Source: Flavobacteriaceae bacterium
Lineage (GTDB): Bacteria > Bacteroidota > Bacteroidia > Flavobacteriales > Flavobacteriaceae
DNA: 64,000 bases
Assembly (NCBI GenBank): GCA_002694465.1
Contig: NZMG01000030.1
Location: 3,488 to 67,487 of the forward strand
Direction of reading: 5' to 3'
This document shows, in pieces, positions 46,698 to 56,627 of the stretch. The notes under the pieces were generated by a model. The model did not search any database, had not been told where the DNA came from, and saw only the letters and a list, made by a program, of their open reading frames with translations. The position numbers and the translations under genes are program-made. The stretch's first letter is position 1, and every line of letters starts with the position of its first letter.

Positions 46698-46725
46698 GGA
46701 AACTTTAAAAACAACAAAAGTTTCC
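46698..46725. promoter_or_regulatory. Putative TetR operator (9-10-9 inverted repeat)
   Basis: GGAAACTTT-aaaaacaaca-AAAGTTTCC just upstream of the tetR start and its TACTTTTA -7-like element. Confidence 0.6.
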
Positions 46726-46817
46726 AAAGTTTTACAATTATTTAACATTTGCTTATTTTCAGAACTATTTGTGAAGTCATTTAATTTCCAAACCTTATTT
46801 TAGCGACAAAATTTGTT

Positions 46818-47792
46818 ATGAAAGAACTGGACTTCTTTAAAGATGCATTGGAAAAATCACTTGGCTCTCGAAATGTAAATGTAGAACCAGAACAACTTTA
46901 TTCTCCCATTAATTACATTCTTTCTTTAGGTGGCAAGCGACTTAGACCTGTGCTAACATTAATGACTTGTGATTTTTTTGGAGGGGATTATAAGGAGGCA
47001 ATGCCAGCTGCTATGGCAGTCGAGTTGTTTCACAATTTTAGTTTGATTCATGATGATATTATGGATGAAGCTCCTTTGAGAAGAGGTAAAGAAACGGTTC
47101 ATAAAAAGTGGGATATTAATACAGGAATTTTATCGGGAGATGCTATGCTTATATTGGCATATCAGTATTTTGAATCTTATGAACCTGCTCTTTTTCAAGA
47201 ATTGGCAAAATTATTTAGTAAAACAGCTATTGAGGTTTGTGAAGGACAGCAATACGATGTGGATTTTGAAACTCGAAACGATGTTTCCATTCCAGAGTAT
47301 TTAAAAATGATAGAATATAAAACAGCTGTTTTAGTAGGTGCTGCGATGAAAATGGGAGCAATTGTTGCAAAAACATCTCAAAAAAACAAGAAGGATATTT
47401 ATGAATTCGGAAGAAATTTAGGAATCGCTTTCCAGTTGCAGGATGATTATCTCGATGCTTTTGGAGACCCAAAATCCTTTGGCAAACAAGTGGGGGGTGA
47501 TATTTTATCGAATAAAAAAACCTTTCTTTTCTTAACAGCCTTGCAAAGTGGGACAGAAAATGATGTGGCCGAATTAAGAACTTTTTTTAAAAGTAAATCT
47601 GAAAATAACGCTCAAAAAATAGAAAAAGTAAAAAGTATTTTTGAGACTTCTGGGGCAAGCAAAGCCACGCAATTAGAGATTGAAAAATATACAGATAAAG
47701 CTTTTGAAACACTTGAAAACCTTGATCTTTCAGAAGATAAAAAGGAAAAACTAAGAGTTTTTGCCAAAAACTTAATGAATAGACAGGTTTAA
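46818..47792 (+). CDS. Polyprenyl synthetase (FPP/GGPP synthase family)
   Basis: GGKRLRP, IHDDIMD..RRG, EGQQYD, FQLQDDYLD motifs. Confidence 0.94.
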   Translation: MKELDFFKDALEKSLGSRNVNVEPEQLYSPINYILSLGGKRLRPVLTLMTCDFFGGDYKEAMPAAMAVELFHNFSLIHDDIMDEAPLRRGKETVHKKWDINTGILSGDAMLILAYQYFESYEPALFQELAKLFSKTAIEVCEGQQYDVDFETRNDVSIPEYLKMIEYKTAVLVGAAMKMGAIVAKTSQKNKKDIYEFGRNLGIAFQLQDDYLDAFGDPKSFGKQVGGDILSNKKTFLFLTALQSGTENDVAELRTFFKSKSENNAQKIEKVKSIFETSGASKATQLEIEKYTDKAFETLENLDLSEDKKEKLRVFAKNLMNRQV

Positions 47793-48307
47793 AAATATAT
47801 TCTCACAAAGGGCATCCAGGCATTTGCATAAATACTTCTGTTAGAATCATAAAGAACATCATAGCGTATTCCCATTGTAAAATTTTGGTTTCGATACCCA
47901 GCTCCTAAAAATAAAGCTGGATACCAATAATTTTCATCTTCGATAGCAAAGGCAGTATCATATTTTCGGGAAACATTTAATTCTTCAAATTCTGCAGAAA
48001 ATTGTAGTTCTGGAATAACATTAAAAAGAGAAAGTATACTCCCACCAACGATAGTAGATTTATAAGTATTCTTTAAACTGTTATAGGTTCCATTAAGTCC
48101 AACACCCAAAGCAAATTGGTCGTTAAATTCGTAAATAGCACTTGGGGCAATAGTTCCACTAAAAAAACCATCTCCAAAACTTAATCCAAGCCCACCACCA
48201 AACCTTACATGATCCCAAAATTTAAACGATTCATCCTGGGCTTTAAGACCCCAAAATGACGATGTTAGAAAACAAAAAAGGACGATAAAAAGTATTCGAA
48301 ACTTCAT
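47789..48307 (-). CDS. Small outer-membrane beta-barrel-like protein
   Basis: Signal peptide, alternating beta-strand pattern, C-terminal VRIYF. Confidence 0.7.
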   Translation of the reverse strand: MKFRILFIVLFCFLTSSFWGLKAQDESFKFWDHVRFGGGLGLSFGDGFFSGTIAPSAIYEFNDQFALGVGLNGTYNSLKNTYKSTIVGGSILSLFNVIPELQFSAEFEELNVSRKYDTAFAIEDENYWYPALFLGAGYRNQNFTMGIRYDVLYDSNRSIYANAWMPFVRIYF

Positions 48308-48423
48308 AATACGTAACTAAAAGTTAATGCATTTATAAATATATAAAATCGCTCATAGTAATTATTGGATTTATTGTATTTTTGTACTCGCTTTATTCAA
48401 AAATTAGAGCCCGACATTTTACT

Positions 48424-51162
48424 ATGGATCGATTTTCTTTTCTAAATGCTGTGCATCCCGCTTATATTGCAGAGCTTTATGATAAATACCTTCAATTTCC
48501 AGACACTATTGAGCCAAGTTGGCGTGCTTTTTTTCAAGGATTTGATTTCGGAATTGAAAATGGGTCTTTAGAAGCACTAGGCATTGAAAGTGGCTCTGTT
48601 GTTCCTGAGGGAGTTTTAAAAGAATTTCAAGTCATAAAACTTATCGATGCCTATCGTAATAGGGGGCATCTTTTTACCAAAACAAATCCCGTACGTGAAC
48701 GAAGAAAGTATACACCCACTTTAGCATTAGGAAATTTTGGACTGGGTGAAGAAGATTTAGACCTTCAGTTCGAAGCAGGATCTATTATTGGCTTAGGTAA
48801 AACAACACTTCGAGATATAGTTAACCATTTAGAAGCTATTTACTGCGACTCGATTGGGATTGAGTATATGTATATTCGTAATCCTAATGAAATTCAGTGG
48901 ATTCAGGATTGGTTAAATGTAAATGATAATCATCCTAAATTTTCAGCCCAAGAAAAAAAGCATTTACTGAAAAAATTAAATGAAGCTATTTCATTTGAAT
49001 CGTTCCTTCATTCAAAATATGTTGGTCAAAAGCGTTTCTCAATTGAAGGTGTAGATTCTGTTATTCCAGGCTTGGATACTTTAATTGAAAAGGGTTCAGA
49101 AAAAGGCATTGAACATTTTGTGGTTGGGATGGCACATAGAGGCCGATTGAATGTATTGGCAAATATTTTCGGAAAATCGCCAGAAGCCATTTTTAGTGAA
49201 TTCGATAGTAAAGAATACGATGAGGAGGAATTGTTCGACGGCGATGTAAAATACCATATGGGATGGACTAGTTTCCGATCTACCGACAAAGGGAAAAAAG
49301 TTCGAATGGATTTAGCTCCCAATCCTTCTCACTTAGAGACCGTAAATGCGGTTGTTGAAGGTATTGCACGTGCCAAATTGGATAACCAATGGGGAGGTGA
49401 TGAGAAAAAAATATTACCTATTTTAATTCATGGAGATGCCGCTATTGCGGGTCAAGGTGTGGTCTACGAAGTGGTGCAAATGGCACAATTAGATGGCTAT
49501 AGAACAGGGGGAACCATTCATATAGTAGCAAATAACCAAGTTGGGTTTACTACAAATTATTTAGATGCACGTTCCTCAACCTATTGTACCGATGTTGGTA
49601 AAGTAACACTTTCGCCAGTACTGCACGTAAATGCAGATGATGTGGAAGCTGTTTGTCATGCGTTTTCGTTTGCATTAGATTTTAGAATGAAATTTGGAAG
49701 AGATGTCTTCCTAGATATTTTGGGATACAGAAAATATGGGCATAACGAAGGGGATGAACCTCGATTTACACAGCCAAAATTATACAAGGCAATTGCCAAA
49801 CATAAAAATCCTAGGGATATTTATGCCCAAAGATTGGCGAAGGAAGGGATTATTGATGCCCAATTTGTTTCACAATTAGAGGACACATATAAATTAGATT
49901 TAGAGGAAAATTTAGAAGCTTCTCGTAAGAAAGATAAAACCGTAATTACTGAAATTTTAGCAGATGACTGGAAATCTTACAAGCTTGGTAATCTTCAGGA
50001 TATTTTAACTAAAACAGATACCAAGTTCAGTTTAGAAACACTTGATAAGCTTGCTGAAGGTATTACCAAACTTCCTGAAAAAAAATCATTTATAAAAAAG
50101 ATTCAACGTATTGTTGATGATAGAAAACTACGTTATTTTGAAACCAACGAATTGGATTGGGCCATGGGAGAATTACTCTCCTACGCTACCCTTATGGAAG
50201 AAGGTTTTAACGTTCGTATTTCGGGTCAAGATGTAGAGCGAGGTACGTTTTCACACAGGCATGCCATTATTAAAACGGAAGACGATTCTGAAGAAATAAA
50301 CCTTCATAATAATTTAGGTGTAGAGGGCAAAATGTATATTTATAATTCACTGCTTTCAGAATACGGAGTTGTTGGATTTGATTATGGATATGCGATGGCC
50401 GCCCCAAAAACATTAACCATTTGGGAAGCACAATTTGGAGATTTTTCCAATGGTGCTCAAATTATGCTGGATCAATACATTTCAGCAGCAGAGTCTAAAT
50501 GGAAAGTACAAAACGGATTGGTCATGCTATTGCCTCATGGATATGAAGGACAAGGTTCTGAGCATTCTAGTGCACGTATGGAGCGATATCTTCAATTGTG
50601 CTCAAGGCATAATATGGTATTGGCAGATGTAACAACTCCAGCTAACTTTTTTCATTTATTGAGAAGGCATATGAAGTGGAATTTCAGAAAACCACTTATT
50701 GTATTTACACCAAAGAGTTTGTTGCGTCACCCAAAAGTTGTTTCGACTAAAGAAGAATTAGCACAGGGCGAATTTCAAGAAGTAATAGATGATACTACAG
50801 TAGATAAAAAGAAAGTTACTTCGTTGGTTTTCTGTACAGGGAAATTTTATTATGATTTATTAGAACGAAGAGAAGAGAATGGAAGAGATGATGTGGCACT
50901 TGTACGATTAGAGCAATTGTTCCCATTAGCCTTGGATAAAATTGAAGCTATTATTAAATCATATCCTAATGCAACAGATTATGTTTGGGCGCAAGAGGAG
51001 CCACGTAATATGGGTGCTTGGGGGTATTTACTAATGAATTTTAACCTCGTAAAACTACGTGTAGCTTCGCGAAACGTTTATAGTTCGCCAGCTGCCGGAA
51101 GTAGTACGCGATCTAAAGCCAGACATAAAAAAGTGATTGATAGTGTTTTTGAAACACTTTAA
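48424..51162 (+). CDS. sucA: 2-oxoglutarate dehydrogenase E1
   Basis: GMAHRGRLNVL, NPSHLE, HGDAAIAGQG, GHNEGDEP, PHGYEGQGSEHSSAR. Start reassigned to MDRFSF (48424). Confidence 0.97.
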   Translation: MDRFSFLNAVHPAYIAELYDKYLQFPDTIEPSWRAFFQGFDFGIENGSLEALGIESGSVVPEGVLKEFQVIKLIDAYRNRGHLFTKTNPVRERRKYTPTLALGNFGLGEEDLDLQFEAGSIIGLGKTTLRDIVNHLEAIYCDSIGIEYMYIRNPNEIQWIQDWLNVNDNHPKFSAQEKKHLLKKLNEAISFESFLHSKYVGQKRFSIEGVDSVIPGLDTLIEKGSEKGIEHFVVGMAHRGRLNVLANIFGKSPEAIFSEFDSKEYDEEELFDGDVKYHMGWTSFRSTDKGKKVRMDLAPNPSHLETVNAVVEGIARAKLDNQWGGDEKKILPILIHGDAAIAGQGVVYEVVQMAQLDGYRTGGTIHIVANNQVGFTTNYLDARSSTYCTDVGKVTLSPVLHVNADDVEAVCHAFSFALDFRMKFGRDVFLDILGYRKYGHNEGDEPRFTQPKLYKAIAKHKNPRDIYAQRLAKEGIIDAQFVSQLEDTYKLDLEENLEASRKKDKTVITEILADDWKSYKLGNLQDILTKTDTKFSLETLDKLAEGITKLPEKKSFIKKIQRIVDDRKLRYFETNELDWAMGELLSYATLMEEGFNVRISGQDVERGTFSHRHAIIKTEDDSEEINLHNNLGVEGKMYIYNSLLSEYGVVGFDYGYAMAAPKTLTIWEAQFGDFSNGAQIMLDQYISAAESKWKVQNGLVMLLPHGYEGQGSEHSSARMERYLQLCSRHNMVLADVTTPANFFHLLRRHMKWNFRKPLIVFTPKSLLRHPKVVSTKEELAQGEFQEVIDDTTVDKKKVTSLVFCTGKFYYDLLERREENGRDDVALVRLEQLFPLALDKIEAIIKSYPNATDYVWAQEEPRNMGAWGYLLMNFNLVKLRVASRNVYSSPAAGSSTRSKARHKKVIDSVFETL

Positions 51163-51193
51163 ATAAATTCCGATTAGGAAAAAATAATATACT

Positions 51194-52399
51194 ATGCTAG
51201 AGATGAAAGTTCCCTCGCCGGGAGAATCCATTACCGAAGTTGAAATAGCCCAATGGCTAGTAGAAGATGGTGATTACGTAGAAAAAGATCAAGCCATTGC
51301 AGAAGTAGATAGCGATAAAGCTACCTTAGAACTTCCTGCAGAAGCCAGTGGAATTATTACCCTTAAAGCCGAAGAAGGTGAAGCGGTAGCCGTTGGTCAA
51401 GTCGTTTGTTTAATCGATACTGATGCAGCAAAACCTGAAGGAAAATCGTCTGCAAAAGAGGAAACTAAAAAAGTAGAAGAGAAAAAGATTGTTGAGGATA
51501 GGGTTTCAACAAAAGAATCTTATGCAACGGGAACCCCATCACCCGCGGCAAAAAAGATACTCGATGAAAAGGGAATTTCAGAAAAGCAAGTATCTGGAAC
51601 TGGGCGAGATGGTAGAATTACCAAAGAAGATGCTGTAAATGCCGTGCCTTCTATGGGTTCACCAGGGGATGGCGATAGAGGTTCAGAAAGACAAAAACTT
51701 TCTATGCTTCGAAGAAAAGTAGCGGAGCGATTAGTATCGGCAAAGAATGAAACGGCCATGCTAACTACTTTTAATGAAGTAGATATGGGACCTATCTTCG
51801 AAATAAGAAAGCAATATAAAGAAGCATTTAAAGAAAAGCACGGAGTAGGATTGGGCTTTATGTCGTTCTTTACTTTGGCTGTTGTACGTGCTTTAGAGTT
51901 ATACCCAGATGTAAACTCGATGATTGATGGAGATTACAAAGTAACCTACAAGTATAAAGATATTTCAATTGCTGTTTCAGGACCCAAAGGACTTATGGTG
52001 CCTGTAATTCGTAATGCCGAAAATTTATCTTTTAGAGGAGTAGAAGATGAGGTAAAACGATTAGCTATTAGAGCAAGAGATGGTCAAATTACGGTAGATG
52101 AAATGACGGGCGGAACGTTTACAATTTCTAATGGAGGAGTTTTTGGAAGCATGCTTTCGACCCCTATAATTAACCCACCACAATCTGGTATTTTAGGAAT
52201 GCATAACATTGTAGAGCGTCCAGTGGTTAAAAATGGCGAAATTGTTGTTGCACCTGTGATGTTTGTGGCTTTGAGTTACGACCATAGAATCATTGATGGA
52301 AGAGAATCTGTAGGGTTTTTAGTAGCTGTGAAAGAGGCGTTAGAAAACCCAGAAGAATTATTAATGAATAATAATGTTAAAAAGGCATTAGAATTATAA
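51194..52399 (+). CDS. sucB: 2-oxoglutarate dehydrogenase E2 (dihydrolipoyl succinyltransferase)
   Basis: Lipoyl domain EVDSDKAT, GTGRDGRITKED, LSYDHRIIDGRE. Confidence 0.97.
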   Translation: MLEMKVPSPGESITEVEIAQWLVEDGDYVEKDQAIAEVDSDKATLELPAEASGIITLKAEEGEAVAVGQVVCLIDTDAAKPEGKSSAKEETKKVEEKKIVEDRVSTKESYATGTPSPAAKKILDEKGISEKQVSGTGRDGRITKEDAVNAVPSMGSPGDGDRGSERQKLSMLRRKVAERLVSAKNETAMLTTFNEVDMGPIFEIRKQYKEAFKEKHGVGLGFMSFFTLAVVRALELYPDVNSMIDGDYKVTYKYKDISIAVSGPKGLMVPVIRNAENLSFRGVEDEVKRLAIRARDGQITVDEMTGGTFTISNGGVFGSMLSTPIINPPQSGILGMHNIVERPVVKNGEIVVAPVMFVALSYDHRIIDGRESVGFLVAVKEALENPEELLMNNNVKKALEL

Positions 52400-52420
52400 C
52401 CAAACAATGCCTTAGATAGT

Positions 52421-52451
52421 AAAAAAGCCCAACATTTAGTTGGGCTTTTTT
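52421..52451. terminator. Bidirectional terminator
   Basis: aaaaaagcccaac-attta-gttgggctttttt. Confidence 0.9.
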
Positions 52452-52481
52452 GGTTAGTTAGTTGAAAATATATAAACCTAT

Positions 52482-52598
52482 CTATGATACTATGTAATTC
52501 ACGATATTCATTAATATGATCGCGACAATAAGAACGGAGATGATAAAAATGGCTAGCCTTTTTTTCCCTTCTTTCTTAACTTTTAAATCCAAATCCAT
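52482..52598 (-). CDS. Unannotated 38-aa single-pass membrane protein
   Basis: Manual translation MDLDLKVKKEGKKRLAIFIISVLIVAIILMNIVNYIVS*: basic patch followed by a TM helix; ends just before the bidirectional terminator. Confidence 0.65.
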   Translation of the reverse strand: MDLDLKVKKEGKKRLAIFIISVLIVAIILMNIVNYIVS

Positions 52599-52648
52599 AC
52601 GTTTAATTTGTACACTGTAAAATTGAAGATTTAAAGTCTAAAAGTAAA

Positions 52649-52664
52649 TACGTGGAAACACGTA
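52649..52664. promoter_or_regulatory. Inverted repeat TACGTG-GAAA-CACGTA, putative NarL-family operator
   Basis: Palindrome with 7-2-7-like geometry between the response-regulator stop codon and the small ORF. Confidence 0.5.
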
Positions 52665-52669
52665 ATTTT

Positions 52670-53302
52670 CTACTGAAGATTCTCTTGATGTTCTTTTGCC
52701 CATATAAGAAGGCTGTTTGTTTTATGCTCTAAATTGAGTTTGGAAATAATATTACTGCGATGTTTTTCTACCGTTCGGTAAGAGATAAAAAGTAACGATG
52801 CAATGTCCTTGTTGGTTTTGTCCATTGCAATGAGCTTTAGTATTTTCTTTTCTGAAGGAGTTAAAACATCCAAAACATTATTTTTTTTAGAGTTGCTCCC
52901 AAGGACATCGCTTATTTTTGGACTGAAAAATGGGTTGCCTTCAGCAACCGATTTTAAACAATTTTCAATTTCTTCTAGTGCAAATTCTTTTAAAATGTAG
53001 CCATAAATATTGAGGTCATTTGCCTCATTGTAGAGTTGTTTTTCCTTGTGAAACGTGATAAGGATAATTTTAGTTTCTATTCCATTATTATTACATTTTC
53101 TGGCAATTTCAAGACCCGACATAAAAGGCATTTGAATATCCAAAATGGCGATATCTGGTTTCAATTTATTGATAAGGTTAAAAGCTTCTCTGCCATTAGT
53201 TCCGCTACCAACAACATTATAGCCTTTTTCAAGCAAAAAATCACTTAATCCCTTTAATAAAAGCGGATGATCATCTGCTATTATAATAGATTCGTTTTTC
53301 AT
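52670..53302 (-). CDS. NarL/FixJ family response regulator (REC + LuxR HTH)
   Basis: IADDHPLL, AILDIQMP, LTPSEKKILKLIA..TNKDIASLLFISYRTVEKHRSNI. Confidence 0.95.
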   Translation of the reverse strand: MKNESIIIADDHPLLLKGLSDFLLEKGYNVVGSGTNGREAFNLINKLKPDIAILDIQMPFMSGLEIARKCNNNGIETKIILITFHKEKQLYNEANDLNIYGYILKEFALEEIENCLKSVAEGNPFFSPKISDVLGSNSKKNNVLDVLTPSEKKILKLIAMDKTNKDIASLLFISYRTVEKHRSNIISKLNLEHKTNSLLIWAKEHQENLQ

Positions 53303-55326
53303 GTTGTGGGGAAAATAAATTCTATGGTAGTTCCTTGATTTTTTTTAGATGTTACCTTCATTTGTCCATTAAGGAACTTGGTTCTTTCTAAAAGGGTTTT
53401 TAGTCCCATAGATTTAATGTTTTGATATTTTTCTGAAAAATCAAAACCAATGCCATTGTCTTTAATTTCCAAAAAAATAGAATTTAAATTTCGCTTTAAA
53501 GTTACTTTGCTGGCTTCTGCATTGGCATGCTTAATAATATTGCTCAGGGACTCTTGAACAATCCTGAAAATATTAATTTCTTGTCTTTTGTCGAAAATGT
53601 TATCTATGTTATCAATTTCAGAAGATATAAAGAGTGTTGTGTTCTCATCAATTTGACTAAGAGTCATCTCAATGGCTTTAGTGATGCCTAATTCCTGAAG
53701 TTGAAAGGGATGGAGGTCTCTAGAGATTCCTCGTACTTCTTCAATGGCAGTTTCAACAAGGTTTTTTGCTTCATCATCATTACTTCTAACAACTTTATTT
53801 TTAATTAATAATAATTGCTGGCCAAGACCATCATGTAGGTCTTTCGAAATTCTTTTACGCTCTTCTTCTTGAGATACAAGTAATTCTTGACTAAACTTTT
53901 CTTGAAGGATTTTTTTGTTTTTTAATTGCATTCTATTTCTATATAGAAATACAAGTCCAAAAAATAAAATAAGTGAAAATGTAATAAATATAAGTCGGCG
54001 TTGCGAGGCTTCATTGTCTTTTTCTAAAAGCTGTATACTTGCATTTTTTGCAATGAGTTCACTCTCTTTTTTTTCAGTTTCATAAAGTGTTTGGTAGTAG
54101 GCTAAAGAATTTGCTGTTGAATTGTTATATAAGGAATCTTTAAGTGTTTGGGAAGAATTTTTAAAGTTTAGAGCTTTTTTGTAATCACCCATACTTGCAT
54201 ATATCTCTGAAAGTAACTCCTCTGCATACATAATATCCTCCTCATAGCGCATCGTTTTTGCAGCCTCTAATTTTGTTTCGCCAAATTGTAAAGCGCTGTC
54301 ATTGTCACCAAGTGCCAAATTATATCTTGCCATGATTTCACTATAATGACTTTTGTAAAGCAAGTCTTTAATATTTGGGTCGTGATTTTTTTGGACTAAA
54401 TCAAAGTATTTTTTCGCTTCGGTTAGGTTTCCTTCTTCAATATAATATCCAATGAGTTTTGAGTATACATAGGTTCTATCTGCAAGAATAATATGGTTGT
54501 TAACGTCATTTTTTATATAATCATAGGCTTTTAGTAAAAACTCAATATGAAGATTTTTTTTGCCCATTTTTTTATAATCTAGTGCCTGATTATAATACAT
54601 AATGGGAATATTTTTTTCCAGCCCAAGTTCTTTGAGTTTTCGAATATTTTTCTCTCTTTCTTCTTTAGCTTTATCATAAAACCCATTCATACTATACATA
54701 GTGGTTATCCCTTGCTGGGCAAAAACCATGTATTCGTAGTCCTTAAGTGCTTCAAAATACTCAAAGGCTTTTCTATAATTTTCTCCGGCAGGGACAAACT
54801 TTCCTAAATTTGAGTAAGCTTGACCACTAAATAAATAGGCATCGGCTTTATAGAGGGAATCCTTTTCTGTGAAGGTTTCAATCGCTTTTTTGTAATCTTC
54901 AGTAGCTTCTTCGAGGTCAAGCCTATAGTTTGCCCCACCTCGTTTAAGGTAAAGACTTCCCAATAGGAAAGAATCATTTATTTTATATTTCCTAGCCAAC
55001 AACTCATCTATCATTCTTCTAGCTTTTTCTGGCTGATTTAAAATAGATGTAAGCGTATAACTAAGGCCAATCATTTTCTTGGTAGCGGCTTCAACACTAT
55101 CCAATTCTTTAGCGAACTCAATATATGCTTCACAGTTTTTAACAAACTGATCAATATCTTTCCTTCCTTCAATTGAAATGATAGAATCTAAGGCAAAGAG
55201 TTTTTCAGTTTTATTGGAAGTTGTTTCTACTATATTTTTGTAATACTCAATGTTTTGAGCAAATGAGGATGTGCCAAAAAAAATGACAACAGATAGAATA
55301 ATAAGAGAGCATGCGTTCGTTCTCAA
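53299..55326 (-). CDS. TPR-containing sensor histidine kinase (HisKA_3 type)
   Basis: Signal peptide, TPR-like helices, one TM, ERKRISKDLHDGLGQ, NIIKHA, DNGIGF, GLKTL. Confidence 0.94.
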   Translation of the reverse strand: MRTNACSLIILSVVIFFGTSSFAQNIEYYKNIVETTSNKTEKLFALDSIISIEGRKDIDQFVKNCEAYIEFAKELDSVEAATKKMIGLSYTLTSILNQPEKARRMIDELLARKYKINDSFLLGSLYLKRGGANYRLDLEEATEDYKKAIETFTEKDSLYKADAYLFSGQAYSNLGKFVPAGENYRKAFEYFEALKDYEYMVFAQQGITTMYSMNGFYDKAKEEREKNIRKLKELGLEKNIPIMYYNQALDYKKMGKKNLHIEFLLKAYDYIKNDVNNHIILADRTYVYSKLIGYYIEEGNLTEAKKYFDLVQKNHDPNIKDLLYKSHYSEIMARYNLALGDNDSALQFGETKLEAAKTMRYEEDIMYAEELLSEIYASMGDYKKALNFKNSSQTLKDSLYNNSTANSLAYYQTLYETEKKESELIAKNASIQLLEKDNEASQRRLIFITFSLILFFGLVFLYRNRMQLKNKKILQEKFSQELLVSQEEERKRISKDLHDGLGQQLLLIKNKVVRSNDDEAKNLVETAIEEVRGISRDLHPFQLQELGITKAIEMTLSQIDENTTLFISSEIDNIDNIFDKRQEINIFRIVQESLSNIIKHANAEASKVTLKRNLNSIFLEIKDNGIGFDFSEKYQNIKSMGLKTLLERTKFLNGQMKVTSKKNQGTTIEFIFPTT

Positions 55327-55376
55327 GCTTCATTTTTTTTGGGGAGTATATAAATTTAATAAAAAAAAAGGAGTTA

Positions 55377-55817
55377 TTATTTTTTTAAATACACGCAATT
55401 TCTTCCGTAATCTATTACTGCGTGAAGTTTTTTCAGAATATCCGCTCCTAAGATTCCGTGCACTGGAGTTTCCCCAACTTGCTCCAGTGCTTGGTTTACG
55501 TGAATTAAGTCGAAAAGGACAAATTCATAATTACTAAGACAAATGTTTCCAATTTCCAAGCTATTGCTTTTAGTGGCCAGCGTTTCCATATCAATGGCAC
55601 CAGCTCCAGCTGCCTTTATTTCGCTTTTCTCAGAAATTAAATTGAAATAAGTCGCTTCAAGAATCCCTATACAACTTGTTGAAGCACCTGTGTCCAAAAT
55701 AAAATAACCTAAAACAGAATTTACTCTTACGTTAAGTTTATAATGTCCTGTTTTCAATTTTTTTAATGGAATTCTCTCAAATCCGTTTTGCTCAAGAAGC
55801 TTTCTTAGTGTCGCCAA
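55377..55817 (-). CDS. Retropepsin-like aspartic protease
   Basis: FILDTGAS and GILGADIL motifs. The track start (55931) overlaps tatD; a TTG start at 55817 (MATLRKLL) is more plausible. Confidence 0.85.
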   Translation of the reverse strand: MATLRKLLEQNGFERIPLKKLKTGHYKLNVRVNSVLGYFILDTGASTSCIGILEATYFNLISEKSEIKAAGAGAIDMETLATKSNSLEIGNICLSNYEFVLFDLIHVNQALEQVGETPVHGILGADILKKLHAVIDYGRNCVYLKK

Positions 55818-55856
55818 AGGTTTTTTGGTAAATATAGACAACAAAATAGTAGTTTT

Positions 55857-56627
55857 GTGTATATGTTGACCGATACCCATACCCATTTGTATAGTGAAGC
55901 CTTTGATGACGATCGAAGTGAAATGATGCAACGTGCTTTTAATAAGGGAATTACGAGATTTTTTATTCCTGCAATCGATTCTGGCTATACAGAGGCGATG
56001 TACAAATTGGAAAGGGAATATCCTGAGAATATTTTTTTAATGATGGGACTGCACCCAACTTCGGTAAAAGAAAATTATGAAGAGGAATTAAAACTTGTTG
56101 AAGACGAGTTTAAAAAAAGAAGCTTTTGTGCTGTGGGGGAGATTGGGATAGATTTGTATTGGGATAATAGTACGTTGGAAATTCAGAAAATAGCTTTTAG
56201 GAGGCAAATTCAATTGGCCAAAAAGTACAAATTACCTATAGTGATACATTGCAGAGAGTCCTTCGATGAAATTTTTGAAGTGTTGGAAACTGAAAGAGAT
56301 GAAAAGCTCTTCGGAATTTTTCATTGTTTTACCGGAACCTATGAGCAGGCAAAACGAGCGATAGAGTTTAATATGAAATTAGGAATAGGAGGAGTGGTAA
56401 CTTTTAAAAATGGCAAGATAGATCAGTTTTTAAATCAAATTGACTTAAAGCATATTGTATTAGAAACCGACTCACCATACCTTTCCCCTGTTCCGTATCG
56501 CGGAAAAAGAAATGAAAGTAGTTATCTTAGCTTAGTTTGTAAAAAGGTGGCGGGGGTATACGGTATTGCTGAAGACGAAGTAGCCAAAATTACCACTCAA
56601 AATTCAAAAGAAATATTCGGCATATAA
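55857..56627 (+). CDS. TatD family hydrolase
   Basis: DTHTHL, GLHP, VGEIGID, IVIHCR, HCFTG, LETDSPYL. Confidence 0.94.
   Translation: MYMLTDTHTHLYSEAFDDDRSEMMQRAFNKGITRFFIPAIDSGYTEAMYKLEREYPENIFLMMGLHPTSVKENYEEELKLVEDEFKKRSFCAVGEIGIDLYWDNSTLEIQKIAFRRQIQLAKKYKLPIVIHCRESFDEIFEVLETERDEKLFGIFHCFTGTYEQAKRAIEFNMKLGIGGVVTFKNGKIDQFLNQIDLKHIVLETDSPYLSPVPYRGKRNESSYLSLVCKKVAGVYGIAEDEVAKITTQNSKEIFGI

Noticed and set aside
46804-46820. CGACAAAA before the polyprenyl synthase ATG as another target of the 17.3-kb sRNA
   Set aside because: Only 8 nt and A-rich, which is plausible by chance in this genome; there is no extension toward the start codon.
55818-55931. N-terminal extension of the aspartic protease ORF (track start 55931)
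   Set aside because: It overlaps the divergent tatD start on the opposite strand; the TTG at 55817 gives a normal-sized protein.
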